Shown here: in pieces, positions 46,573 to 59,138 of the stretch
How positions within the stretch are numbered: position 1 is the first letter of the stretch
How the letters are laid out: each line of letters starts with the position of its first letter
From: Isurus oxyrinchus
Lineage: Eukaryota
Assembly (NCBI GenBank): GCA_026770705.1
Contig: JANJGN010000189.1
Coordinates: 496,001-560,000, forward strand
Direction of reading: 5' to 3'
DNA length: 64,000 nt
Notes under the pieces: model-generated
Told to the model about the DNA's origin: nothing
Seen by the model: only the letters and a program-made list of their open reading frames with translations
The model's database searches: none
Made by a program: the position numbers and the translations under genes

Positions 46573-48259
46573 CTGAGAGAGAGAGCAAGTGCTTCACAGA
46601 GTGAAACCTCCTTGAGTCTGGCCACTGTGTTTAACATTTAAGCCACACAGACAGGATGTGGTTAAAAGGTGAAACCACAAGGAGTGAGTGTCTTTCCCAG
46701 TGACTGTCTCTCTGTGGGTTTCCTGTGGGTTTCTGTGAACTGCCTGTGGTTTTAAAAAAAATCTTCCAACCCCACATGCACGGCATCAAATAAGGATTTG
46801 GAAGCTGCAGCTCAGAGAGTAACTAGTCCCCCGAGAATTCACAGCCCCTCAAACACAGATTAACAGCATTAATCCTGACCGTCAGCCCACTCACTCATTG
46901 CCTCTTGTCTCAGACACTAGAAAGTGGAAGTTAAGGCCGGATTTTCACTCCCGGGTCGGGGGACACAGAGACGGCAGGAAAAAATAACAAAATATGTCTC
47001 GAGCACACAGAGCTCCAAGGGAAGGGTCGTGCTGCAGCTAAGGTGTGAGACATGGTACACTCCCCGGATGCAGCATTGAGGCTTGTATGTCTACACAGCT
47101 GATGTAGGTGCACATGGAACACATGTGAATGAGCACTGTGATGCACACACACCCTGGAGAGTAATATCCCTCCATGCACTACATATCAGGCTAACATCAA
47201 CTCATGTTGTCATTGCTGACTCACAGGGTTGAAGAAGGTCACAGAGACGGCTGCGTCTGGGGTTGGGCCAGCCTCCCTGAGACTCACCGTCCTAACATTT
47301 GATTGGATCACGTCCGATCTGTATCTTAACCCAATCCACCCGCCTCGGTTCCGTGACCCTTAACCCCCCGACCCAACAAAAATCTCCCAATCTCAGTTTT
47401 GAAATTTACAATTGACCCCTCCCAGTCTCGACAGCTTTTTCTGGGGGAGAGAGTTCCAGATTTCCACCCCCGCTTTGTGTGAAGAAGTGCTTCCTGACAT
47501 CACCCCCTGAACGGCCTGGCTCCAATGTTAATGTTCTGCTCCCTTGTTCTGAACCCTCCTCACCTCAACCCCATCAGAGGAAATAGTTTCTCTCTATTGC
47601 CCGTAACAAAGCCTTTAATCAACTTAAACCCCTCGATTAGATCACCCCTTAATCTTCAAGACTCGAGGGACCACAAGCCTGGTCTGTGCAACCTGTCCTC
47701 GGGATTTAACCCTTTCAGACCCGGGATCATCCTGGTGACTCTGCACAGTACCCCCTCCAAGGACAATATATCCTTCCTAAGCTGCTGGACCCAGAACTGA
47801 ACTCAGTGACACCAGATTGGATGTGTGGGGGACCTTAATAAAACTGTGCCAGACACTTCAAAAATCTCTTCAATTCAACCTTGTAAACGCAGTAGGAAAA
47901 ATCCCACGGGGCCATTGTATCTTAGCAACATCGTAAACTTGGCCAAAAGAATCCCCCTGGTCACCCCTGAGTGTTACTAATATTGTAAACACAATGTATA
48001 CAGCTCCTCCAGTCTCTGAGAAGCAAAACTAGGACACTAAAGCACCACCACTGGTAGGAGGCTGTAATTACAGTGTGACATGTTTACATGGGAATGTTCC
48101 ATTACCAATGACACAGGAATTTAAATAATCAGAAGGGCATGTGACAACAGGAAGTGGTGCCTTGGAGAATGGAATTGTTCACTAGAGTACGTACTTAATT
48201 TGATAAAAATGTACAGAAATATCAGGGCATTTTAATTGCTTCTTTTTTGTATTCATTCA

Positions 48260-50312
48260 CTGACACTGGCTAGGCCAGAATTTATTGCCCATCCCTAATT
48301 GTCCTTGAGAATATGGGGGTGAGCTGCCTTCTTGAGCTGCTGCAGTCCCTGTGGTGTATGTACACCCACAGAACTGTTTGGGAGGGTGTTGCAGGATTCT
48401 GACCCAGCGACAGTGAAGGAACGGTGATATATTTCCAAGTCAGGATGGTGAGTGACTTGGAGGGGAACTTCCAGGTGGTGGTGTTCCCATGTGTCTGCTG
48501 CCCTTGTCCTTCGAGATGGTAGTGGTCATGTGTTTGGAAGGTGCTGTCTAAGGAGGCTTGGTGACTCCCTGCGTTGCATCTTGTAGATGGTACACACACT
48601 GCTGCCACTGTGCGTCAGTTGTAGAGGGAGAGAATGTTTGTGGACGGGGCGCAAATCAAGCGGGGCTGCTTTGTCCTGGACGGTGTCGAGCTTCTTGAGT
48701 GTTGTTGGAGCTGGACACATCTAGGAAAGTGGAGAGTATTCCATCACTTGTGACCTGTGCCTTGAGGTTGGTGGACAGGCTTTGGGGAGTCAGGAGGTGA
48801 GTTACTCACCACAGGATTCCCAGGCTCTGGCCTGCTCTTATAGTCACAGTGTTTATATGGCTAGTACAGTTCAGTTTCTAGTCATTGGTAACCCCCAGAG
48901 TGTTGATAGTGTGGGATTCAGCAATGGTGATGCTATTGGACATTAAGGGGAGATGGATATATTCTCTCTGGTTGGAAATGGTCATTGCCTGGCACTTGTG
49001 TGGCATGAATGTTACTTGCCACTTGTCAGGCCAAGCCTGGATATTGTCCAGGTCTTGCTGCATTTGGACATGGACTGCTTCAGCATCTGATGAGTCATGA
49101 ATGATGTTGAATGTTGTGCAATCATCAGCGACCTTCCATAATTCTGACCATCTGATAGAATGAATGTCATTGATGAAGCAGCTGAAGATGGTTGGGCCTA
49201 GGACACTACGCTGAGCAACTCCTGCAGTGATGTCCTGGAACTGAGATGACTGACCTCCAACAACCACAACCACCTTCCTTTGTACTTGGTATGAATCCAA
49301 CGAGTGGAGAGTTTTCCCTGTGACATGACATGGCAGATGATGTGTGCTTGGTGCTCCAAATCCACAAGGGAAAATTGGTCACGCTATCACAATAGTTTTG
49401 CAATTTGTATTTATTACAAGAAGCGTGCACTGAATTCAGGAGTAATGAGTTGACCACAACCTTTAGAGATTTTAAAAATTCAATTAAGATATTTATTAAC
49501 AAAATAAAAGATTTCAAGTACAGACATAATACCACGGTTAGTTACAGCTAAAATATATTCTCAAATTCCTAATTAACCTGACTCCCAGTTACAGAGCCTG
49601 TTTAAGGCAACAGTCCAAAATAAGATTTTAGATTAAAAACAAACCCAGCGAGTTAACACAGCACACACTTGACACTGGAATTCTAAATGGGTTTCTCCAA
49701 CTTTATTTACTGAACATAACAGACTTATGCACAAATGCTTGGAGGCTTCTTCAAGCCTGTTTCACACACTCCTGTTAGATCTTACATGGCCCCCAACATA
49801 GCCTTTCATTCTCCTTTATACATGTTTCTCTCTCTTTGATGTGTAAATTCTTTGGAGCTGTACCTTTCCCATAATATAAACTTTCATGTTGCCAATATTG
49901 TCAATGAAGTTTGGGTAAAATTAAAAAAAAACTCCTTAGCTTTGCTTATTGGGCTTGTCCTAAACAGACCAACATCCCTTTGAAATCTAAACAGCCCCTT
50001 CACACCTTACATGCTAACACAGCCTCCATGTGTTCTCATTAGCATTTCAAGTACATTTCTACATCTAGCTTCTTTTGATAATCTCAAACTTGCAGTGTAC
50101 CTGTCTCCAGATGTAATTAAACCACACAGACAGACCCATCTACACTCACACCCAGAAACCTAGTTTACAACAAACCAGGAAAATATTAAGCAAATTATTA
50201 TACTTTCGTACCACCCCTGATTCCCATTGACTCCAGTTTTACTCGGGATCCTAGATGCCACACTCGGTCAAATGCAGACTTGATGTCAAAGGCAGTCACT
50301 CTCACCTCACCT
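48260..50312 (-). mobile_element. CR1-type LINE fragment carrying a nested solo LTR at 49319-50213
   Basis: RT motif GVAQRSVLGPTIFSCFIND...ADD. The LINE text gttttccc|cccctgattcccattgactcc is split by the TGT...CCA element. Confidence 0.85.
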
Positions 50313-50504
50313 TGTATTAACAAATGTTAAATTATACATAATTCATAAGCTTCTCACAATCTTTTACAGCATGGAAAAAGGTGCAGCATTCAGAAAGCTC
50401 AGTTAAAACCAATAAAAAAAAGTTGAGCAACATCATATTTGTGTTCATTACTATTTGGCCATGTTGGCTGCACACACCCCACAGCCCCGCTCCCTGTTTC
50501 ACAC

Positions 50505-50741
50505 TCAGTTTTTCTGGAACCTGATCTGTGCGTATTCCGTGTCCTCGCTCCTGTGCACAGTCCTGTCACCGCCGGGCAGCTTTGAAAAGTTGATGTTGGC
50601 ATAGAAAAGCTCGTCGGGTTTGTCGGGGTTCCCATGTCCAACATCGCCTCCCACTGGACCTTCAGAGAGACCCCGGGGAGCTGGGGTCTCCCCCTCACTA
50701 GTTGTGTTCCGGGGCTCAGTAATCAGCACGTTCTGTTTACC
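50505..50741 (-). CDS. Siglec C: terminal cytoplasmic exon with ITIM-like LFYANI and ITSM TEYAQI
   Basis: 237-nt phase-0 exon with TGTAG acceptor; the two-tyrosine layout is as in CD33-related Siglecs. Confidence 0.88.
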   Translation of the reverse strand, partial: GKQNVLITEPRNTTSEGETPAPRGLSEGPVGGDVGHGNPDKPDELFYANINFSKLPGGDRTVHRSEDTEYAQIRFQKN

Positions 50742-51189
50742 CTACAGAGAAATAGAAACAGAAGACATCCTCACATCATTTACTGGCACTGATAGGGTTA
50801 AGTTATTCTGCAGCCTCGTTACTGTCACTCATGTCTCAATGGGTTTAACCCTCTTTTTCACTCTCTTTCTCTGTCTCCTTTTTTTCAATCTCTTTCTCTG
50901 TCTCTCTTTCTCTCTCTCTCTCTTGCTTTCTCTCTCTATTTATCATGTAATCTCTCCCGCTATCGCAGACCTGAGTCTTGAAGTCCTATGTTACCATCCC
51001 AATCATGAGATTTGTGCCCCATTATTCACAAACACAGACACACAAAGAACCTCACGCCAATGAAGGAATTTTATTGAAGGGCGACACTGCTACAGTGTTG
51101 GAAATGTGGCCATGGGACCAGATAAGATGGTAAACATGGTCAGCATTATACAACTATTCTGAAAGAGGCACCTCGAACACTGCAATGTT

Positions 51190-51578
51190 CTCTCAGTGCT
51201 CTCTGCTGACAGTGCAGCACTCCCTCGGAACTGCCCCTTCAAGAGGGCAGCACCCCTTGAAAATGGACTCTTTGACAGTGCAGCACTCACTCAGTACTGT
51301 CCTCAGTACTGACCATCCGACAGTGCAGCACTCCCTCAGTACTGACCCTCCGACAGTGCAGCACTCCCTCAGTACTGACCGTCCGACAGTCCAGCACTCC
51401 CTCAGTACTGACCCTATGACAGCGCAGCACTCCCTCAGTACTGACCCTCTGACAGTCTAGCTCTCCCTCAGTACAGACCCTCTGACAGTGCAACACTCCC
51501 TCAGTACTGACCTTCTGACACTCCAGCACTCCCTCAGCACAGACCCTAGGACAGTGCAGCACTCCCTCACTACTGACA
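51190..51578. repeat. 33-bp minisatellite
   Basis: Tandem units. Confidence 0.88.
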
Positions 51579-51789
51579 TCAGGTGCCTTGTCATTATTGC
51601 GTTCAGGTTTCTGGTCAAAGAGCGAGTGATGGAGGGAAGAGGGGGAGGGAGCGAGAGACAATGCTACCTACTGAGCCATATCTGACTCCACAGGTAGATA
51701 TCTGTGGGTAACCTGGCTGGGAATCTGGGACATGTGTTGTCTACAAACTGAGATAGAAGCTTTGGAGTGAGTGTAAACAGCTCCTGTAC

Positions 51790-51871
51790 CTGGTGCTTCA
51801 CAGAGAGTGGACTGGGGGTCAATACAATGTCACTGGTCCCTGAACCTCTCTCCTCCATCGCTGTCTTTCTC
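51790..51871 (-). CDS. Siglec C: juxtamembrane cytoplasmic exon (RKTAMEERGSGTSDIVLTPSPLSVKHQ)
   Basis: 82 nt, phase 2-0; joins the TM and terminal exons in frame. Confidence 0.85.
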
Positions 51872-52749
51872 CTGCAATAACACAATATCACACTGTGGTT
51901 ATCATATAGCAGAGAGTCAGTGCAGCACAGACACAGAGCCCAGTGTAACCTTACACCAACGACTGGACTGTCTCTAGTTCCAATAAGGGGTATCAGCGTG
52001 ACATCACTATAATGGAAGTGTGTCATGTGATCCAATCTCAGTTTGACTTTTGCTTTGAGCAGAACACACACTCACAGCTCTGATGCCTTCAATCTTTCTC
52101 CATATGTATAACTGTTCTCGTGCCGAGTCTTGATAAACAAATCATTAAAATTCTCACCCAATCCCTGTGAGCGATTGGTGCTTTGTTTCTTGTACAATAA
52201 ATAAGCCTAAGGTATAATATCATTATAATGACACGCCATATCTTTGACCCACCCTCCACCCCTGCTCTTCCCCCCATAGCCCTTCAAATGTTCCCCCTTC
52301 AAGTATTTATCCAATTCCCCTTTTGAAAGATCCTATTAAATCTGCTTCGAGCGCCCTTTCAGGCAGCACCTTCCAGATCACAGCAACTGATTATTATTCA
52401 TCTGGATAACGGGCAATGAAAAACACTGTCTGGATCGTAAGGGACAAAAGAGACCAGTTACGGAGAGGCATCTGGCGCTTAACACAAGGGAAACAATCAC
52501 CGACTTCAGGAAAGAACATTGAAGCAAATATTTATCCAGGAGTAATCGTGCAGAGTGAGGAATCTCTGGGTCTCGTGATTGTTTACCTGGATACAGGACA
52601 ATGAAAGGTTCTCTCCGGATCAGAGTGGACACAAGGATCACTTACAGAGAGGGACCTGGTGCTGATCCCAAGGGAAACAATCACCGACTTAAGGAAAGAA
52701 CATTGAAGCAAATGTTTATATTAAAATCAAGTTAAATCTTCAGACTTAC

Positions 52750-52846
52750 TTTCTCACACAGATGAAGATGAAGATTCCAGCCAGGAAAACACTCAACATG
52801 ATCCCAGCCGTGAACAATCCTACTGTCCATTTACTGGAGTCTCTAC
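52750..52846 (-). CDS. Siglec C: uncharged TM exon (RRDSSKWTVGLFTAGIMLSVFLAGIFIFICVRK)
   Basis: TTTTTACAG acceptor, GTAAGT donor, 97 nt phase 1-2, hydrophobic helix. Confidence 0.88.
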
Positions 52847-53656
52847 CTGTAAAAACAGCCATTAATTACTGCACTACAGGTTTACAATGATGCTCCGATG
52901 TATCTCGAGAAGCGATACACTCACTCAGTGTTTAAATACTCATTCTCGGGCAATGCTGACATTTATTGTCCATCCCTAGTTTCCCCTTGAGAAGGTGGTG
53001 GGCGGTCTTCCTCCTGAACCACTGGTTTGTCCCAAACTGGGAGACCAGTTCAGAGGGCAGGTGTGAGTTAACCATGTTGGTGTCTGAGACTGGAGTCACA
53101 TCCACATCGAGACATGCTTCCCTCCCTAAAGGGTATGTAGTCTCTACACATGTAACAACCAACCTCACTGAAATAATCGACTATCAGGTCATTATCACAC
53201 GGTGGTTTGCGGGATCTTGCTGTGCACAAATCAGTACCTGTGTTTCCTACATTACAACAGTGAGCTCACTTCGATAATGCTGCATTGGCTGTTGAATGTT
53301 TAGTAATTTCTAAGCAATTTATGAATACAATAGTTGCATTTCAACATGTAACATTTATATATAATATTTATCAATTAAAGAATGAGATGTTCAGCAATTA
53401 AAAGGGTTGTTCAGGACAGTTAGAGAGAGAAAGGTCATCAAGTACGGAGATTGGAAACGAAGACGTGACAGCCTTGTCCTCACAACCATTGAAGGAGAAA
53501 CTGAGAGCAAAAACAGAAAGGGAGAGGAAAAATTGGGTGTGTGGATAACGTGGACTGAGCGAGGATTGAAGAAAACTGGATTAAAAACAACACGATCCCA
53601 ATGGCTCCACGGAGACCACGGAGACAACAAACAAACAAATGTATCTCCACACTCAC

Positions 53657-53938
53657 GTTCCACAGTGATGGTTATGAACGCCTCCACTGCTCCATGTTCA
53701 TTCTCTGCCACACACTGATAGTCTCCAGTGTCCCTGGATGTAACGTGAGGAATCACCAACCACAGCTCATTGTTGGAACTTGTTCTGTTCATTGGGACAT
53801 TAAGATGTCGCCACATCAGGTTAGAAGCTGGGAAGCTCTCGACAGAGCAGATTATCACTGCAGAATTCCCCTCAATTATATTGATTGATGAAGCGTAAAT
53901 CATATTAAGCGAAGTAAATGAGAGATCCTGTGGTGCAT
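53657..53938 (-). CDS. Siglec C: membrane-proximal C2-set exon
   Basis: 282 nt, open, C...W...DTGDYQC. Confidence 0.88.
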
Positions 53939-54678
53939 CTAAAAACAAATCAAGTGTTTAATGTGAGCAAACCTATTGCACAGCAAGACTCCATGCATCA
54001 TCTCTCTGTATCTGATGTCTGAATGCATTTCCAGGTAACTTCCCTCAGGATAACGTCTTATGCCACATTTTTAATGAACACTGCCTATGTAAACTGTCAC
54101 ACTGCAGTTGCATTCTCCCACCAGTAGAGGTGTTGTCCATCTAGAATGAAAGAAGCTTGCTTTCACATCCTCAGGATTTCGCAAAGGGCTGGACAGGCAA
54201 TGAATTGTATTTGATTGATGGAGCACTGAGGGGTAAATCTACAATTCTCTGTTCAGGAGGTTGCTCATCCAATTCAGGGTCTTGTTGATCTGGAGTTTAC
54301 CTTCCTTCAACACAGAATCGGAGCTGATACCAAGACTCCAGTGCGGCACTGAGAGAGGAGAGGGAACTCACGTGTGTGTATCTGTGTGTTTGTGTTTCTG
54401 CACATGTGAGTGTGTTTGTGTGTGTATGCACACATGTGTCTGTGTGTGCGCATGCGCATGTGTCTGTGTGTCTAGGTCTGTCCATGAGTGAGAGTATGTG
54501 TATGTGTGTGTCTATGTGTGGGCATGAATGTGTGTGTGTGTTTGAGATGGGTGTGTATTTTCCTGTGTATGTGCTTGTATGTGTATGACTGTGTGTGGAT
54601 AATTATGCATGTGTGTGCCTACAGGTTTCTGTCTGTGTGTGTGTGTGTCTGTGTGTGTGTGCGTGTGTGTGTGTGTGT

Positions 54679-54719
<41 letters not shown>

Positions 54720-54745
54720 TGATGTTGGAGTTTGCAGTAACTCAC

Positions 54746-55026
54746 GTTCCACAGTGATGGTTATGAACCCCTCCACTGCTCCATGTTCATTCTCTGCCAC
54801 ACACTGATAGTCTCCAGTGTCCCTGGATGTAACGTGAGGAATCACCAACCACAGCTCATTGTTGGAACTTGTTCTGTTCATTGGGACATTAAGATGTCGC
54901 CACGTCAGGTTAGAAGCTGGGAAGCTCTCGACAGAGCAGATTATCACTGCAGAATTCCCCTCAATTATATTGATCGATGAAGCGTTAATCATATCAAGAG
55001 AATTAATTGAGAGATTCTGGGTGCGT
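54746..55026 (-). pseudogene. Siglec C: C2 exon with a 1-nt deletion just after the acceptor (281 nt)
   Basis: AG/ACGCACC-CAGAAT versus AG/ATGCACCACAG in a sister exon; the remainder is intact. Confidence 0.7.
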
Positions 55027-55788
55027 CTAAAAGAAATAAAGATTTTAATGTGAGCAAGCATAGTGCACAGCAAGACTCCATGCATCATCTCTCTGTATCT
55101 GATGTTGGAATGCTTTTCCAGGTACCTTCCCTCATGAAAAATTACTGTCATATTTATAATGGACACTTCCTATGTAAACTGTCACACTGCAGTTGCTTCC
55201 TCCCACCAGTAGAGTTGCTAACCCTCTAGAATGAAAGAAACATCCTTTAACACTCTCAAGATGTCCCCAAGGGCTTGATAGGCAATGAATTGTATTTGAT
55301 CGATGGAGCACTGAGGGCTAAATCTACATTTCTCTGTTCAGGAGGTTGCTCATCCAATTCAGGGTCTTGCTGATCTGGAGTTTACCTTCCTTCAGCACAG
55401 AATGGGAGCTGACACCAAGACTCCAGTGCAGAACTGAGAGAGGAGAGGGAGCTCACACTTGTGTGTGTACTTCTGCACGTGAGTTTGTATTTGTGTGTAT
55501 GCGCGTGTCTGTNNNNNNNNNNNNNNNNNNNNNNNNNNNNNNNNNNNNNNNNNNNNNNNNNNNNNNNNNNNNNNNNNNNNNNNNNNNNNNNNNNNNNNNN
55601 NNNNNNNNNNNNNNNNNNNNNNNNNNNNNNNNNNNNNNNNNNNTATGTGTGAGTTGAGTTTGTGTGTGTTTCTGTGTATGTGTTTGAACGTATGTTTGTG
55701 TGTAAGCGTGCATGTTTGTGTCTACACATGAGTGTTTTTGCATGTGTGAGTGTGTGTGTGAGAGATGTTGAAGTCTGTGTACACTCAC

Positions 55789-56070
55789 ATTCCACAGTGA
55801 TGGTTATGAATCCCTCCACTGCTCCATGTTCATTCTCTGCCACACACTGATAGTCTCCAGTGTCCCTGGATGTAACGTGAGGAATCACCAACCACAGCTC
55901 ATTGTTGCAACTTGTTCTGTTCATTGGGACATTAAGATGTTGCCACGTCAGGTTAGAAGCTGGGAAGCTCTCGACAGAGCAGATTATCACTGCAGAATTC
56001 CCCTCAATTATATTGATCGATGAAGCATTAATCATTTCAAGAGAAGTAAATGTGAGATTCTGTGGAGCAT
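55789..56070 (-). CDS. Siglec C: most 5' visible C2-set exon
   Basis: 282 nt, open, with an extra Cys in RTSCNN. Confidence 0.85.
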
Positions 56071-56789
56071 CTAAAAACAAATCAAGTGTTTAATGTGAGC
56101 AAGCAGCGTGCACAGCAAGACTCCATGCATCATCTCTCTGTATCTGATGTCTGTATACATTTCCAGATACCTTCCCTCCATATAACTTCCACTGTCAAAT
56201 TTATAATGGGCACTGCCTATGTAAACAGTCAAACTGGAGTTACATTCTCCCACCAGTAGAGGTGCTGTTCACCTAGAATGAAAGAAACTTTCACATCCTC
56301 AGGATTTTGCCAAGGGATTTACGGGAATGAATTGTATTTGATTGATGGAGCACTGAGGGGTAAATCTACAATTCTCTGTTCAGGAGGTTGCTCATCCAAT
56401 TCAGGGTCTTGCTGATCTGGAGTTTACCTTCCTTCAACACAGAATGGGAGCTGACACCGAGACTCCAGTGCAGCCCTGAGAGAGAAGAGGGACCTCACGC
56501 GTGTTTATGTGTATGTGTTTGTGTTTCTACATATGTGAGTATGTTTGTGTGAGTATGCATGCATGTGTCTGTGTGTGCATGTGTGTATGTGTTTGCGCAA
56601 ATGTGCGTGTGTCTTTGTGTATATTTCTGTGCATAAGTGAATGTGTGTACATGTGTATGTGTATGTGTGTGCACGTGTGAGTGTGTGTGTGTGAGTTGAG
56701 TGTGTGTATGTTTCTGTGTAGGTTTTTGCATGTGTATGACTGTGTGTAAATGTGCATGTATGTGCCTACACATGAGTGTGTGTGTGTGT

Positions 56790-57645
56790 GTGTGTGTGTG
56801 TGTACATGTGTGCATGTGGATTGTCGCATCTTTATTATTAACGTTATTTAAAAATAGTGATCACACAAACCTGGCTTCTAAGGAGATGAAACTGCAAACA
56901 ATTTACAGTAAAGTGAAATGTACAGGAATAATCTATTTAATTTGAGTTGATGATATATAATTATACATGAGGCATGTTGCTAATTTCAAACATCATCTGA
57001 AATATGGCAGGTCTGACAGAGCAGCATTCCCTCAGTGTCCACCCTCTGACAGTGCAGCACTCCCTCAGCATTGACGCTTTGAGAGTGCAGCACTCCTTCA
57101 GTATTGACCCTCTGGAAGTGCAGCACTCCCTCAGTGCTAACCCTCCAACAGTGCAGCACTCCCTCAGTACTGACCCTCTGACAGTGCAGCACTCCCTAAG
57201 TACTGACCCTCTGACAGTTCAGCACTGCCTCAGTACTGACCCTTTGATAGAGCAGGGTTTCCCTCAGTACTGACCTCCTGACAGTGCAGCACTCCCTCAG
57301 TACTGACCCTCTGACAGTGCAGCACTCCCTCAATATTGACCCTCCAACAGTGCAGCACTCCCTCAGCACTCCCTCACTGGGGAGAGTCCATCTGGGTTTT
57401 GAGCTGAAACCTTGAGACGGTTTGAAAACCCCAACCTGCTGTCTTGGAGAGAGAGAGAGAGTGAGTGCGTGTGTGAGAAAGAGAGACAATGTGTGTGTGA
57501 GAGAGTGATAGTGCGTATGTGTGCGAGAGAGAAGGATAGAGAGAAAGAGAAAATGTGTGAGAGAGCAAAAGAGAGGTAGAGTGTGTACGCATGAGAGAGA
57601 GAGGTAGCTGAATTGTGTGAGAGAGAGAGTGTGTGTGAGAGAAAG
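56790..57645. repeat. Right arm of the inverted segmental repeat (includes 33-bp minisatellite 57012-57378)
   Basis: Reverse complement of 43170-43900. Confidence 0.88.
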
Positions 57646-58773
57646 GGAATGTCTGTGTTAGGGAGAGAGCTTATGTGTGAGAGAGAAAGAAAGAGAGAGA
57701 ATCTGTGGGTGTTAGATAGTGTGTGTGTGAAAGAGAGAGTGTGTATGTGAGAGAGCGTGTGCGTGAGAGCGTGTGTGTGTGTGTTTCAGAGAGAGGGTGT
57801 ATGTGTTTGAGAGAAGGAGTGTGCGAGAGAGGGTGTGCGTGTTTGAGAGGGAGTGTGTGTGTTTAAAAGAATGAACAAGAGAAAATGTGTGTATGTGTGT
57901 GTGTGTCTGCGTGTGAGATCTCCCCCCTGCTCTTCCTCCAAATAGTGGCTGTGGGATCTTTCACACCCGCCCGAGAGGGCAGACGGGGGACTCGGTTTAA
58001 TGTCTAATATTGGACTAATCTCTAGGCGAGGTTGGCTAGATGGATTATTGACAAGGTCCATTCACCCTGTAAAGAGTTTCTCTGGTTTGAAATACCTGAT
58101 CAAACATCGAGTTCTGTGTCTAAACCTTGTGTTGAAAAGACACCTTTCCAGCTCTTCACCTGCCATTAGCTTGTTGAGTCTTCACACGCTCCGTCTGTCC
58201 GTGACCAACCCCTCTTAGCTCATCCTTTCCTTGTCGTACATCGAGCTGTTCATCCTGACGGGTTCCATCCTTCCCAGTAACACTCCATCTCCGACATCAA
58301 ACTAACTCCCAACACGTTGATGAATTGTATGGATTCCAGCGTCAGTTGGTTCTGTCTGAGGCTGTTTCTCTGATCGGGGACCGAGCTGTTCTGAACGGAC
58401 ATTGTGTTCAGCAGTTCTTATTGCAGATCAGGCTGTTCAACCAATGCTGCTGTTCACTGAGGTGACTCCGATTCTACATTCACACATTAATGATCTCATG
58501 TCCAGCAGCAAACATCTGTATGAAGCCAGGTTCAAGAAAAAACCCAGCTGCTTGATCCGACAGTTATCTGTTCAGGCATGGCCCCTTGTTCCAAATAACA
58601 AACATTATTTAAAAATAGTCATCACATGAGCCTGGTTAACAAGGAAATGAAACCATGAACAATTTGCAGTGAAGTGAAACGTACAGGACTAATCTATTTA
58701 TATTGAGCTGATGATATAGAATTTTACACGAGGCATGTTGCTAATTTCAAACATCATCTGAATTACGACAGTT

Positions 58774-59138
58774 CTGACAGTGCAGCACTCCCTCAGTACT
58801 CACCCCCTGACAGTGCAGCACTCCCTCAGTACTGACCCTCTGATAGTGCAGCACTCCCTCAGTACTGACCCTCTGACAGTGCAGCACTCCCTCACTACTG
58901 ACCCTCTGACAGTGCAGCACTCCCTCAGTACTGACCCTCTGACAGTGCAGCACTACCTCAGTACTGACCCTCTGACAGTGCAGCACTCCCTCAGTACTGA
59001 CCCTCTGACAGTGCAGCACTCCCTCAGTACTGACCCTCTGACAGCGCAGCACTACCTCAGTACTGACCCTCTGACAGTGCAGCACTCCCTCAGTACTGAC
59101 CCTCTGACAGTGCAGCACACCCTCAGTACTCCCTCACT
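58774..59138. repeat. 33-bp minisatellite within the third copy of the segmental repeat
   Basis: About 11 tandem units. Confidence 0.9.
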
